Source: a virus
Taxonomy: Duplodnaviria; Caudoviricetes
Reading direction: 5' to 3' (one strand)
Virus record (IMG/VR): IMGVR_UViG_2974556156_000001
Location: 1-64,000 of that record
DNA: 64,000 bases
Position numbers and translations under genes: made by a program. Of the stretch, positions 1 to 8,760 are shown piece after piece. Every line of letters starts with the position of its first letter. Position 1 is the stretch's first letter. Below the pieces are notes generated by a model. That model was not told where the DNA came from, searched no databases, and was given only the letters and a program-made list of their open reading frames with translations.

Positions 1-95
1 GTCCAACTCAAAATACTATATTTTTTATAAATATATATACTTTGAAATGGAAAAATAAATAGATATAGACACCCCCCCCGTATATGGAATTGCCC

Positions 96-488
96 TTAGG
101 CTCCGATTTCGGCAGACCCAGGACCCGACCGGCCGAGAAGCGCGGCTCGCACATGAGCCCGTAGAGCCTCGTTTGGCTCTCGGACGTCCCGACCTACCAG
201 CGGCTCCTGTTTCGCCCGTCGTAGGCCCATCCAGGCGCGATTATAGCCAGCACGCTGGCAGAGGCGGTCCACCTCACGCCACGCGAGGGCCTCATTCGGC
301 GCTCTGAACTTCCAAAACACGCGATGCACGGCCCGCGCGTCGAAGGCTTCGAACTCAATGCCGGCGCTGTGGTCGGGCAGAGCGGTCGCGTGACGCGGCA
401 TCGGACGCGGCTGGATCTTCGGGAGCGGCTTAAGCCACACCACGGCATGCGGGTCGAAGACCATATCCTTGTAGCCGAGCTGGCTCAT
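96..488 (-). CDS. hypothetical protein (early region)
   Basis: ORF track 96..503; ATG at 488 overlaps the upstream stop in ATGA fashion; no family recognised. Confidence 0.55.
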   Translation of the reverse strand: MSQLGYKDMVFDPHAVVWLKPLPKIQPRPMPRHATALPDHSAGIEFEAFDARAVHRVFWKFRAPNEALAWREVDRLCQRAGYNRAWMGLRRAKQEPLVGRDVREPNEALRAHVRAALLGRSGPGSAEIGA

Positions 489-715
489 GCGAAACTCCAC
501 CACACGAACAACGCGCCAAACACGATCACGATCGCTGCGCCGCTGTTGATTTGCTCCAGAGCCCGCTTGAGGCCGCGCCGCTCACGAATTGAGCGGTACG
601 AATGGGGGCGCAGTTTGGGCTGGATTGTGGCGTGTGCCAAGCCCAAAATCGTCAGGCTCGCCAAAATCGCGAACCCCCCGCCATAACGAAGAGCCAAAAT
701 CAACAGGTCGTGCAT
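485..715 (-). CDS. small membrane protein, 76 aa, two hydrophobic segments
   Basis: ATG 715 preceded by GGAGGTAAAA; MHDLLILALRYGGGFAILASLTILGLA and IVIVFGALFVWWSFA are hydrophobic. Confidence 0.7.
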   Translation of the reverse strand: MHDLLILALRYGGGFAILASLTILGLAHATIQPKLRPHSYRSIRERRGLKRALEQINSGAAIVIVFGALFVWWSFA

Positions 716-733
716 TTTTACCTCCGGTAAATT
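714..733 (-). promoter_or_regulatory. palindrome TTTACC-GGA-GGTAAA overlapping the RBS of the 485..715 gene
   Basis: Read directly; near-identical copy at 1511-1532. Confidence 0.65.
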
Positions 734-789
734 CCGCCGCCCGAGGGGCGCGTAACGACGGCGCGCGTATGTAGGCACGCGCGAATACG

Positions 790-814
790 CCCCGAGGGCG
801 GGGTGCCCTCGGGG
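790..814. other. 10-bp GC hairpin between early genes
   Basis: CCCCGAGGGC-ggggt-GCCCTCGGGG; no U-tract, so function uncertain. Confidence 0.45.
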
Positions 815-840
815 TTGAGTAGTCCTGTAGCGTGGCGGGA

Positions 841-1512
841 TTAGGCCGCTTTGGCGACCTCTTGGGCAGGAGCCAGAGCCTCGCCAATTTCCGCATAGAT
901 CGCCGCAAGGGCGAGCCGCGCGGCGTCCGCCTTGCCTTGGTCTTCCCACTGGGAAACCGTGATCAGGTTGCGGATTTGGCGCGTAGCCTCGACCTGAAGG
1001 TCAAAGACCTCATTGCGCGGTTCGGCCGGTTCCGGTTCCGCCTTGGGTTGCGGTTCAAGAATGGTGGACGGCGAGGGATTGGCCGCCGTCGCCGCCTTGA
1101 CGCTTGCGGCTTCAAGCCGCTTTTGCGCGGCGCGCGCCTCTTCCATCTTGCGGACACAAAACCCGCCGCAGAACGTGGCAATCGCCACGTCAAAAGCGTC
1201 CGGGTCCACCGCACCCGGTTCGCCGATAGCGGCGCGAAGTTTGGCAATCATACCCGGTTCTTCGAAGGCCTTGCGGCAACGAGTCCGAATGACGTTCGCC
1301 GTACCCGCCGTGACGCCGGGCACTTTGTCCGCGAGAAGTTTGGAGGCGGACGCGGGCGATTGACCGTGATCAGCCGCGAGGATGGCGGCAAAGGCCACCG
1401 TCATCGCCTTTTGAACGCCGCCTTGGGCGCGTTCAAGGCCGGTCACTTGGGTGGCCACCGCGCTAATTGCGCGGCCGGTGTAGTTTTCGAAGATCTTAAG
1501 AGCGTTTTCCAT
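841..1512 (-). CDS. hypothetical protein, 223 aa (early region)
   Basis: ORF with strong SD (GAGGTAAAAA-ATG); Ala-rich helical protein with Pro/Glu linker; no family recognised. Confidence 0.8.
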   Translation of the reverse strand: MENALKIFENYTGRAISAVATQVTGLERAQGGVQKAMTVAFAAILAADHGQSPASASKLLADKVPGVTAGTANVIRTRCRKAFEEPGMIAKLRAAIGEPGAVDPDAFDVAIATFCGGFCVRKMEEARAAQKRLEAASVKAATAANPSPSTILEPQPKAEPEPAEPRNEVFDLQVEATRQIRNLITVSQWEDQGKADAARLALAAIYAEIGEALAPAQEVAKAA

Positions 1513-1532
1513 TTTTTACCTCAGGTAAATTT
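1511..1532 (-). promoter_or_regulatory. palindrome TTTACC-TGA-GGTAAA overlapping the RBS of the 841..1512 gene
   Basis: Read directly; near-identical to 714-733. Confidence 0.65.
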
Positions 1533-1785
1533 GAGAGCGGGATTGCTCTCGGGTGAAGACACAATGGTGGCTTTGGTGCGCGATATTGTCGCGCGACAAG
1601 AGACACCTCCGGCAGGGGCTACGCTTTACTCATCCGCTAATCAATCGAGCGGGTATGACTAAGAATAACCCAGAAAGAGGGGACAATGGGGTCCAGCATG
1701 AAGGAGTACACCCCTTTTTCGTTATAGAAATCAGTACGTTGGGGTCGACTGTTCGAAAAACACCCCGGTGAAATTTTTGAAAAAT

Positions 1786-1799
1786 AAGTGATATCACTT
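1786..1799. promoter_or_regulatory. perfect 14-bp palindrome AAGTGATATCACTT in an AT-rich intergenic tract
   Basis: Read directly; half-site resembles the TAT(G/T)CACTT box family. Confidence 0.5.
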
Positions 1800-1859
1800 T
1801 CAGGACCAGCCTCAGGCCACCCGACAGCCGAGCAATCCATAAATCACCACTCGTCACTA

Positions 1860-1977
1860 CCCGCTCGCGGGTCCAATCCCTTCAAGGAAAGCCCGCTCGC
1901 GGGTCCAATCCCTTCAAGGAAAGCCCGCTCGCGGGTCTCCAACGCCGCTCGCGGGTCTCCAACGCCGCTCGCGGGTC
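1860..1977. repeat. iteron-like direct repeat array: five copies of CCGCTCGCGGGTC
   Basis: Cores at 1861, 1893, 1925, 1945, 1965 (spacing 32, 32, 20, 20); two identical 32-bp units at 1860-1891 and 1892-1923. Confidence 0.9.
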
Positions 1978-1994
1978 GCTCGACACCGCCCACG

Positions 1995-2023
1995 AAAAAG
2001 CCCCGGAACTCGCGTTCCGGGGC
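1995..2023 (-). terminator. Rho-independent terminator
   Basis: 10-bp stem GCCCCGGAAC/GTTCCGGGGC followed on - strand by TTTTT, just after the 2029 stop. Confidence 0.8.
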
Positions 2024-2028
2024 CGAAA

Positions 2029-2295
2029 TCACCCAGTTTCTCTCAAAACCAGGTCTATTTGGGGACAAATCGTACATCGAAACGTCGATCCGAAGCTCTT
2101 TACGACGTCTTTCGCTTCGGAATAGCGAGAAAATTGCAGGGCCTGGACCGGGTCGGCGGTCCATCCGACCGCCACTCCACCCCACCAAAGCACCAGATCC
2201 TCGTCCAGGATCACGTACTTTTGCCGCCAGACCGCCCGCCAGAGCCCCACTCCAAAGAGCCCCAGCAGGACCAGGCTGATTATCGAGACCACCAT
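2029..2295 (-). CDS. hypothetical protein with N-terminal transmembrane segment
   Basis: ATG 2295 with GGGGAG SD; MVVSIISLVLLGLFGVGLW hydrophobic; followed by terminator. Confidence 0.6.
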   Translation of the reverse strand: MVVSIISLVLLGLFGVGLWRAVWRQKYVILDEDLVLWWGGVAVGWTADPVQALQFSRYSEAKDVVKSFGSTFRCTICPQIDLVLRETG

Positions 2296-2373
2296 CAGCT
2301 CAACTCCCCAGGATTTCATCTTGGGTCGAAAGCATAGCCATCTCGTAAAGCCAGCCCCACTGATCCAGATCGA

Positions 2374-4833
2374 TCAGCTCCGGTTGCCAGACCCCACAAC
2401 CCCCTTCTTCGCAGGTGTGAGGCAAGTATAGAAGGCCGCCTCGCCCGCCTGAGATCTTTCGATCTTCAACTCGAAGCCGATCTCTTGCTGCAATTCCTGC
2501 ATGATGAGCCTGAACCTCTTTAATTGCACAGGCTGTGCATTGGCGGTCACCCTGCAGAAGGCGTAGTATAGAGCGTACAGGTCCGTCTCGGAGGTGCGGA
2601 CTTGAGACTCCACGTTGCCCGACGGCGCGTGGACCTCGATCCCGCCGGACGTCAAGAAAAACTTCACGCTGTTGTTCTGAGAAGCCACTTCGCTCACCAG
2701 TTCCACATGCGACTTCGGCAGCGTGTATTCCTGCCGACGCAGGACGTCCTCGATCGCCGGGACGCACCACGCTGCGATAGCTTCCTGCTCTTCAGCCAGG
2801 ATCTGCTCAGCCAGGCGCACGATCTTCTGACCGTCCGACACCATCCGCGTGAAGTGTAGGAACAGCCAGCGCCGGTTGAAACCGGCCGACGTATCCCGCG
2901 TGCGCGGCAAGTGGTTCGAGGCGAACCAGTGGGCGCAGAGCGGGCGGAACTTGAAGATCTGACCGCCCTTGAACTGGCCGTTCAGCTCCTCGCCCTCGAC
3001 GATGGACTTGAACCGATCACCTGCGATCAGCTCCTTCTCCGACAGCTCACCGCAGAAGTTCAGAGCCTTGCCCAGCATCTGGGTGGGAAGGAACTTGTCG
3101 GCCCAGTCATGCGGCGGGACAGCGCACGTCGCTTCCTCGGGGAACATCCCCTGGACGATGTCCTTCAGGGTCGACTTGCCCGTCTTCGGAGCGCCGAACA
3201 GACACACCGCCCGACTATACCGAGGCGCAATCCCGAACAGCGTCACCGCCATGGCTTCACGCAGGGCCTGGACCTTGTCCATGTAGTCCGGGTCCAGACC
3301 CCACGCCTGATCCAGGAACGCCAGCAGTCGCAGCGGAGCGCCCTCGTTCGGGACATAGCGATACGGCAGCACGTAGCGCGCCCCGTAGCAGCCGTCGTGA
3401 GGCTTCAGCTCCATGTCCAGGGTCAGATAGCCGTTGGCGAAGTTGATGCCCGGCACGTCCAGCGACTTGACGCCGCGCTTCACGATGTTGGACATGACCC
3501 TCAGAATGCCGGTGTGGTCGCTACTGCGCTTGGCCGCCGCCAGCGATCCGAACTCTCGGGCCAGCACGCCCAGGATCTCCCAGTCGCCCAGCATCTTCCA
3601 GTGCGAGCCGACCCACTGATAGAACAGGCCGCCGTCGTAACGGACCTCGCCGTAGCGTTCGAGTTCGGCGATCAAGTGCCCAGCGATCTCGGTGTGGTCG
3701 TCACCCGTGATCGTCTTGCCCTTCAGCTCCTTGATGCGCTTACGCATCGCCGACATGGTCAGCAGTCGGGCGTTGCCGTTGTGGATGAACTGCAGGATGA
3801 TATCGTACTGCAGGTCGCCCATGTGCTGCGACTTGGCCAGCCGGACCAGCACTTCCTCGACGATCTCGGCCCGAGACGCCTGGTTATCCTTCGGGATCTC
3901 CGTGAACTTGTCGGTCAGGTAGGTCAGGTAGTCGGCGACGGTCCACTCGTCGACCTGTTCGCCGAAGTACTTGCGCATCTCCAGGATCTCGTCGTCCGAC
4001 AGACCCAGATCCCAACCCTGAGGCAAGACCTTGCCGTGCTCCAGGATGTCCCGACGCACGAACTCCAGCAGCTTGGCGCTGGCCTTGGCCGGATCCATCG
4101 GGTCGCCGACGACATTCTCGGTGAAGTTGGCCACCCAGGCCTCGACTTCGCCGAGCGCTTCCTTCAGCGTTCGCTCGCCCTTGAGCACGCCACGAGCCCA
4201 GAGCCCGGCCATCGAGATCATGGCGCTGTCGCGACCGCCGGCCGGAACCCACTTCGTGATCTGGGTCGAGCCTCGCGAGCCCAGCTTCACACCGGCGTCG
4301 ATCAACGCCTGACGCAGCTGAACCTCGAAGTCTCGCGGCAGCGGAACGATGCGGTCGAGCACGTCGCACAGGTCCGTGTTCGCCACATACGGCAGCCCCG
4401 TGTCGGGGTGGATCGAGGGCGGCATCACCATCTGGGTGCCACGCGACAGGATCTCGACCAGGGTGTTGTTGGTCTCGCCCTTGATCCGCGAGGTCTTCTC
4501 CTCGGTGTACTTGTAGACGCGGATCGAGCCCTTCTTACCCACGCGCGTCCAGGGGGTCGGCGGCAGGATCTTGTCCAGCACCGAGATGACGCGGGGGTCC
4601 TCACTGTCCAGGTCGATGGCGATCAGGCCCGACTGGGGACCGAGCGGCAGACCCATGTTGCCCTCGGCGAAGTGGGTCAGCCAGAAGTCCTGTGTGTCCT
4701 TGTCCGGCATCATGGCGGCATAGGCCTGCCAGGCGTTGGGCGCGGGCATCTTCTGACGCGGCTTGAGCGGGATGACCGGAAGTCCGGCGGCCCAATATCG
4801 CGGAGCGTTGTCCGCGAAGATCCCCTTAGGCAT
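2374..4833 (-). CDS. bifunctional primase-polymerase (Prim-Pol) / SF3 helicase, P4-alpha/D5-like
   Basis: N-terminal YWAAGLPVIPL..GLPLG..LIAIDLD prim-pol motifs; Walker A GAPKTGKST; ALNFCGE and FASNHLP..D.S.GF.RR SF3 motifs. Confidence 0.92.
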   Translation of the reverse strand: MPKGIFADNAPRYWAAGLPVIPLKPRQKMPAPNAWQAYAAMMPDKDTQDFWLTHFAEGNMGLPLGPQSGLIAIDLDSEDPRVISVLDKILPPTPWTRVGKKGSIRVYKYTEEKTSRIKGETNNTLVEILSRGTQMVMPPSIHPDTGLPYVANTDLCDVLDRIVPLPRDFEVQLRQALIDAGVKLGSRGSTQITKWVPAGGRDSAMISMAGLWARGVLKGERTLKEALGEVEAWVANFTENVVGDPMDPAKASAKLLEFVRRDILEHGKVLPQGWDLGLSDDEILEMRKYFGEQVDEWTVADYLTYLTDKFTEIPKDNQASRAEIVEEVLVRLAKSQHMGDLQYDIILQFIHNGNARLLTMSAMRKRIKELKGKTITGDDHTEIAGHLIAELERYGEVRYDGGLFYQWVGSHWKMLGDWEILGVLAREFGSLAAAKRSSDHTGILRVMSNIVKRGVKSLDVPGINFANGYLTLDMELKPHDGCYGARYVLPYRYVPNEGAPLRLLAFLDQAWGLDPDYMDKVQALREAMAVTLFGIAPRYSRAVCLFGAPKTGKSTLKDIVQGMFPEEATCAVPPHDWADKFLPTQMLGKALNFCGELSEKELIAGDRFKSIVEGEELNGQFKGGQIFKFRPLCAHWFASNHLPRTRDTSAGFNRRWLFLHFTRMVSDGQKIVRLAEQILAEEQEAIAAWCVPAIEDVLRRQEYTLPKSHVELVSEVASQNNSVKFFLTSGGIEVHAPSGNVESQVRTSETDLYALYYAFCRVTANAQPVQLKRFRLIMQELQQEIGFELKIERSQAGEAAFYTCLTPAKKGVVGSGNRS

Positions 4834-5341
4834 CGATCAGGTCCTTGAGCTTGGTGATGAGGGTGGTGCGTTGAGCAGGAGTGAGAAATTCTTCCAGGTG
4901 CTCGATGACGAGCCTCTGCATCTTGGCCATGTTGCGCACGTTGAAGCGCTTGGTCTGGAGGTCGACCAGTTTGCTCAGCAGGTCGTGCGAGCCCTTCATG
5001 AAGGCCATCTTGTCCTTCGGGTCGGAGCCCGCATAGACACTGGAGTCCCTCTTGACCTGCAGAAGCAGGGCGGCGATCTCGCGGTCGATAGCATCGGCCG
5101 AGGCGTCGACCAGACCGTCGATCTCGATCTCGTCTCGGCTGCCGCCGTTGACCTTGTCGGCCATCAGCAGCCTGCGGATCATGACCTTCACCCCATGATC
5201 GTAGGGGCACTCGGGGCGATCCAGGATGTCGGGGAACTTCTCGAACTGTGCGACCAGAGCCCGGAACGGGGTCAGCTGCACATCGGTCAGCGGCGGGTAG
5301 AAGGGCTTTCCGCCCGAGGGAGGGGAGGTCATGTCGTTCAT
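4826..5341 (-). CDS. hypothetical helical protein, 171 aa (terminase small subunit candidate)
   Basis: ATG 5341 with GGGAGGT SD; 8-nt overlap with primase start; function inferred only from position and helical character. Confidence 0.7.
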   Translation of the reverse strand: MNDMTSPPSGGKPFYPPLTDVQLTPFRALVAQFEKFPDILDRPECPYDHGVKVMIRRLLMADKVNGGSRDEIEIDGLVDASADAIDREIAALLLQVKRDSSVYAGSDPKDKMAFMKGSHDLLSKLVDLQTKRFNVRNMAKMQRLVIEHLEEFLTPAQRTTLITKLKDLIDA

Positions 5342-5349
5342 GACCTCCC
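5323..5349 (-). promoter_or_regulatory. 11-bp hairpin sequestering SD and start codon of the 4826..5341 gene
   Basis: GGGAGGTCATG-aacga-CATGACCTCCC on the - strand. Confidence 0.65.
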
Positions 5350-5359
5350 TTAAATTCCA

Positions 5360-5430
5360 TATACGGATTTGATGCAAGTATAAACTCACACAAAATTTTT
5401 AAGTATAGTATATATGCAAATTCCACTTGA
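5360..5430. promoter_or_regulatory. AT-rich divergent promoter region between the two genome arms
   Basis: AT-rich gap between divergent genes; TAGTATATATGCA (5406-5418) matches TACTATATATGCA (9296-9308) at 12/13. Confidence 0.6.
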
Positions 5431-5462
5431 CCCAGCCGCCCGCCGCCCGCATCCACAGAACC

Positions 5463-7199
5463 ATGGCGCGCAATCCATTCTTGGCCAATTTCGTCGAGGA
5501 CCTTCAGGCTCGGTACCCGATCGACGGGGACTCGATGCTCTACAGCGAGTGGATCGCCCAGAACACCAAGCTCAACGGCCGGTCGTTCGGTTACGAGGGC
5601 TACGAGTTCCAGCAGGCGATCGTCGACGACATGCACCCCGAGCTGGCGGTCATCAAGCCGTCGCAGGTCGGCATGACCGAGGTGCAGGTCCGTAAATTCC
5701 TCGCCTTCCTCGCCCGCAACCGAGGCACGCGCGGCATCTTCACGTTCCCGAACGAGAAGATGTTCAAGTCCAACTCGAAGACCCGCATCAAGCCGGTCGT
5801 GAACCAGTCGGTCTTCAACTCCTCGGCCTTCGACGCCGAAAAGCCCACGCGGGCGATGGAGCTGTACGAGATCAACGGCTCCTTCGCCCACATCACCGGC
5901 TTGACCGAGGGTGACGCCACCTCAACGCCTGCCGACATCCTCTTCCACGATGAGCTGGATCTATCCGATCAGGTGATGATCGGCCTCTTCCAGTCGCGCC
6001 TGCAGAACTCGATCTACAAGATCACGCAGCTGTTCTCGACGCCGACCTTCCCCGGCTTCGGTATCGAGCTGGCCTACAACGCCAGCGACATGCGCGAGTA
6101 TATGGTCAAGTGCGCCTGCTGCGGCCGGCACCAGGTGCCGCGCTTCACCATGCCGTTCCTGCACCTACCCGGTTACAAGGGAGAGGGTAAGCTCGACGAG
6201 CTGGATCAGGACACGGTCGACGCGATCAACCTGTCTGAGACCTACTTCAAGTGCTTCCACTGCTCCAAGCAGTTGGACCTGCGCAATCCCGAGCTGCGGG
6301 AGTGGGTCGCCGAGCGCCCCTCGCGCGACGCCCATGGTTATCGGATCCGGCCGACCTCCAGCTACAAGCTGGACCCGACCTACATCATCCGTCAGCTGTT
6401 GAAGATGAAGCGCCTGGATCAGCTCAAGGGCTGGTACAATACGGTGCTAGGTGAGACCTTCAACGACGGCAATTCCAAGCTGGAAGCCGACATGATCGCC
6501 AAGATCATGGGCTCTCCTGGTGTCCCGGAGGTCGGGTCCGAGGTGCCTTGCGCGCTGGCCAGCGACATGGGTAAGACCTGCCACCTCGTCGTCGGTCGGA
6601 TCGACGGGGATGTCGTCCACCCCTTCCTGTTCGAGGCGGTCCCCAACGGTCAGATCAAGGACCGGATCGCCCAGCTGCGGCGCAAGTACAATATCGTGGC
6701 CGGCGCGGTAGACCGTCACCCCTACGAGATCACCGCCAAGGAGATCATGGATGAGACCGAGCGTGTAATTCTGCCGGTCGAATACCGTGGGGCTGAGTTC
6801 GTCAACATCGTCAAGGACGACTACGACGCGCTCGACTACATCCAGATCAACCGCACCAAGGCTATCGACCAAGTCGTGAAGCTGGTGCGCAACGTCGCCA
6901 TGAACATGACCGGCTACGGCAACTTGAAGCAGGTTGTCACCGAACACATGTGCGACATGGTGCGGATCGAGAACCCTGAGAAGCTGGCCACCTGGGAGAA
7001 GACCACTGGCCAGGACCACTTCATGCACTCGCTGGTCCTGCTGCAGGCTTCCATCAAGATCGCGCATATCGTAAAGCTGTCGATCATTCAGGAGCCCAAG
7101 AAGATCATCCTCGGTCTGATCGGCGTTCCCCAGTCCAAGAACCATCAGCCCACCCAGCTCGGCCAAGCCCGCCGTCGCGAACCTGAAAGGCTCATTTGA
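5463..7199 (+). CDS. terL: terminase large subunit, lambda GpA family
   Basis: KPSQVGMTE (GpA Walker A variant), LFHDELD Walker B, STPT, KCACCG and CFHC zinc motifs; ATG 5463 preferred over TTG 5427. Confidence 0.92.
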   Translation: MARNPFLANFVEDLQARYPIDGDSMLYSEWIAQNTKLNGRSFGYEGYEFQQAIVDDMHPELAVIKPSQVGMTEVQVRKFLAFLARNRGTRGIFTFPNEKMFKSNSKTRIKPVVNQSVFNSSAFDAEKPTRAMELYEINGSFAHITGLTEGDATSTPADILFHDELDLSDQVMIGLFQSRLQNSIYKITQLFSTPTFPGFGIELAYNASDMREYMVKCACCGRHQVPRFTMPFLHLPGYKGEGKLDELDQDTVDAINLSETYFKCFHCSKQLDLRNPELREWVAERPSRDAHGYRIRPTSSYKLDPTYIIRQLLKMKRLDQLKGWYNTVLGETFNDGNSKLEADMIAKIMGSPGVPEVGSEVPCALASDMGKTCHLVVGRIDGDVVHPFLFEAVPNGQIKDRIAQLRRKYNIVAGAVDRHPYEITAKEIMDETERVILPVEYRGAEFVNIVKDDYDALDYIQINRTKAIDQVVKLVRNVAMNMTGYGNLKQVVTEHMCDMVRIENPEKLATWEKTTGQDHFMHSLVLLQASIKIAHIVKLSIIQEPKKIILGLIGVPQSKNHQPTQLGQARRREPERLI

Positions 7200-8737
7200 T
7201 GGCCGCACCGTCGATCGATCAGCTCTTCAAGGACACCGGCACGGTCAAGAAGCAGCCCAAGACTGCTCAGACCATCACCCCGACCTATCAGCCGAGCCAG
7301 AAGGATCAGATCCTCACGGTCCCCGGCTACCGCGAACACCTTCAGTCGCTTCGAGACAACCGCGCCACCTTGAGCAGCCAGGACTTGCTCAAGCAGATGT
7401 TCAAGCAGGATCCCGACGTCTCGGCGACGGTCGGTTCCTTCCTGACGCTGTCGGACACCGAAATGACGATGCTCGTTCGGGACGCCGACGGAAACATCGA
7501 CACCACCGCGACCACCCAGCTACCCAAGTTGGTCCGGGCTCTGTTTGCCTCGACCACCTACCTGGAGGGCTTTCAGCTGAAGCCCGGTCTGCGCATGTTC
7601 TGCCAGGAGATGCGTTATCTCCTGATGTTGCGCGGCGCGGTCGGCAACGAGCTGGTCTTCGACCAGAAGCTGGTCCCCAGCCGCCTTCAACACGTCGACA
7701 TGGCCTCGATCGAGTGGTTCGAGAAGAACCCCAACGAGTACAAGCCCCGTCAGAAGGTGCAGGGTAAGAACGAAGGGGTCGTGCTCGACATCCCCAGCTT
7801 CTTCGTCAGCTTCCACCGCCGAGATCCGACCAGCATCTACGCCAACTCCGACTTCGTGTCGGTGATCAATACCGCTGCTGCACGGACGCAGGTGATCAAT
7901 GATCTCTACCGGATCATGCAGATCACGGGCTTCCCGCGCATCGACATCAAGGTCCTGGAAGAGACCTTGAACGAAAACGCGCCTGCTGAGATCCGTCAGG
8001 ATCCTCAGAAGCTGCGCGCCTGGGCGTCGGATCGCTTGAATGACGTGGCCGCGAACTTCGCGGAACTACGTTCGGACCAGTCCTTCGTCCACATGGACTC
8101 GATTGAGGCCTCGATCCTCAACGACAAGAACCCCGGAGCAGGCCTGGACATCACCTCGGTGATCGAGGTCCTGAACGCTCAGAACCAGGCGGCTCTGAAG
8201 ACCATGGCTACGGTGATCGGGCGCGGCACTGGCGCGGCTGGCGTCGCCTCAGTCGAGGCGCGCATCGCGGCCATGAATGCGGATCAGCTGAACGTGCCTA
8301 TCGCCGAGCAGCTCTCGAAGGCTCTCACCTTCCTGATCAACGTCTTCGGCATCCAGGGTTTCGTCGAGGTCAATTTCGCTCCGGCCGAGCTTCGGCCGTC
8401 GTTGGAGTTGGAGCCTCAGAAGACGCTGCGCGCAACCCGACTGCGTCAAGATCTGAGCGACGGGCTGATCACCGACGTCGAATACCACCTGATGGTCTAC
8501 AACCGTCTCCCGCAGGCCGGCACGCCTGAGCTGTCCGGCACCGGCTTCATGACGCCGGTCGATACGACCAACGCCGGCAACGTCACGCCCAACAGCGATC
8601 CGCTGGGCGCGAGCCAGGCCCCCTCAGGCGGCAAGATGGCGAAGTCGAACGGGAAGCTGGGGTCCAAGAAGCCCGCCAAGTCCAACACTGCGGTCAAGGC
8701 CGCACTGGCTCTTCTCAGTTCTGAAGAAGAAGAATAA
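7199..8737 (+). CDS. portal protein
   Basis: 512 aa, TGATG-coupled to terL and upstream of protease/capsid; assignment by position and size. Confidence 0.8.
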   Translation: MAAPSIDQLFKDTGTVKKQPKTAQTITPTYQPSQKDQILTVPGYREHLQSLRDNRATLSSQDLLKQMFKQDPDVSATVGSFLTLSDTEMTMLVRDADGNIDTTATTQLPKLVRALFASTTYLEGFQLKPGLRMFCQEMRYLLMLRGAVGNELVFDQKLVPSRLQHVDMASIEWFEKNPNEYKPRQKVQGKNEGVVLDIPSFFVSFHRRDPTSIYANSDFVSVINTAAARTQVINDLYRIMQITGFPRIDIKVLEETLNENAPAEIRQDPQKLRAWASDRLNDVAANFAELRSDQSFVHMDSIEASILNDKNPGAGLDITSVIEVLNAQNQAALKTMATVIGRGTGAAGVASVEARIAAMNADQLNVPIAEQLSKALTFLINVFGIQGFVEVNFAPAELRPSLELEPQKTLRATRLRQDLSDGLITDVEYHLMVYNRLPQAGTPELSGTGFMTPVDTTNAGNVTPNSDPLGASQAPSGGKMAKSNGKLGSKKPAKSNTAVKAALALLSSEEEE

Positions 8738-8760
8738 CCCGCCGGCAAGCCGGCGGGTTA
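8735..8760. terminator. GC hairpin at portal stop
   Basis: TAACCCGCCGGC-aa-GCCGGCGGGTTA inverted repeat; no clear U-tract. Confidence 0.5.

Noticed and set aside
1-95. Definite cos site or physical genome end
   Set aside because: AT-rich with a C8 run, but no cohesive-end sequence can be identified from the window alone; needs read-terminus data
1860-1977. CRISPR array
   Set aside because: Units are identical or nested with no unique spacers; no cas genes
2911-4848. 645-aa + strand ORF, and similar long opposite-strand ORFs (832..1662, 15460..16479, 26116..27432, 48269..49810, 53016..54143)
   Set aside because: They lie antisense to well-supported genes; strong GC3 bias removes stops in the mirror frame; no motifs or SDs
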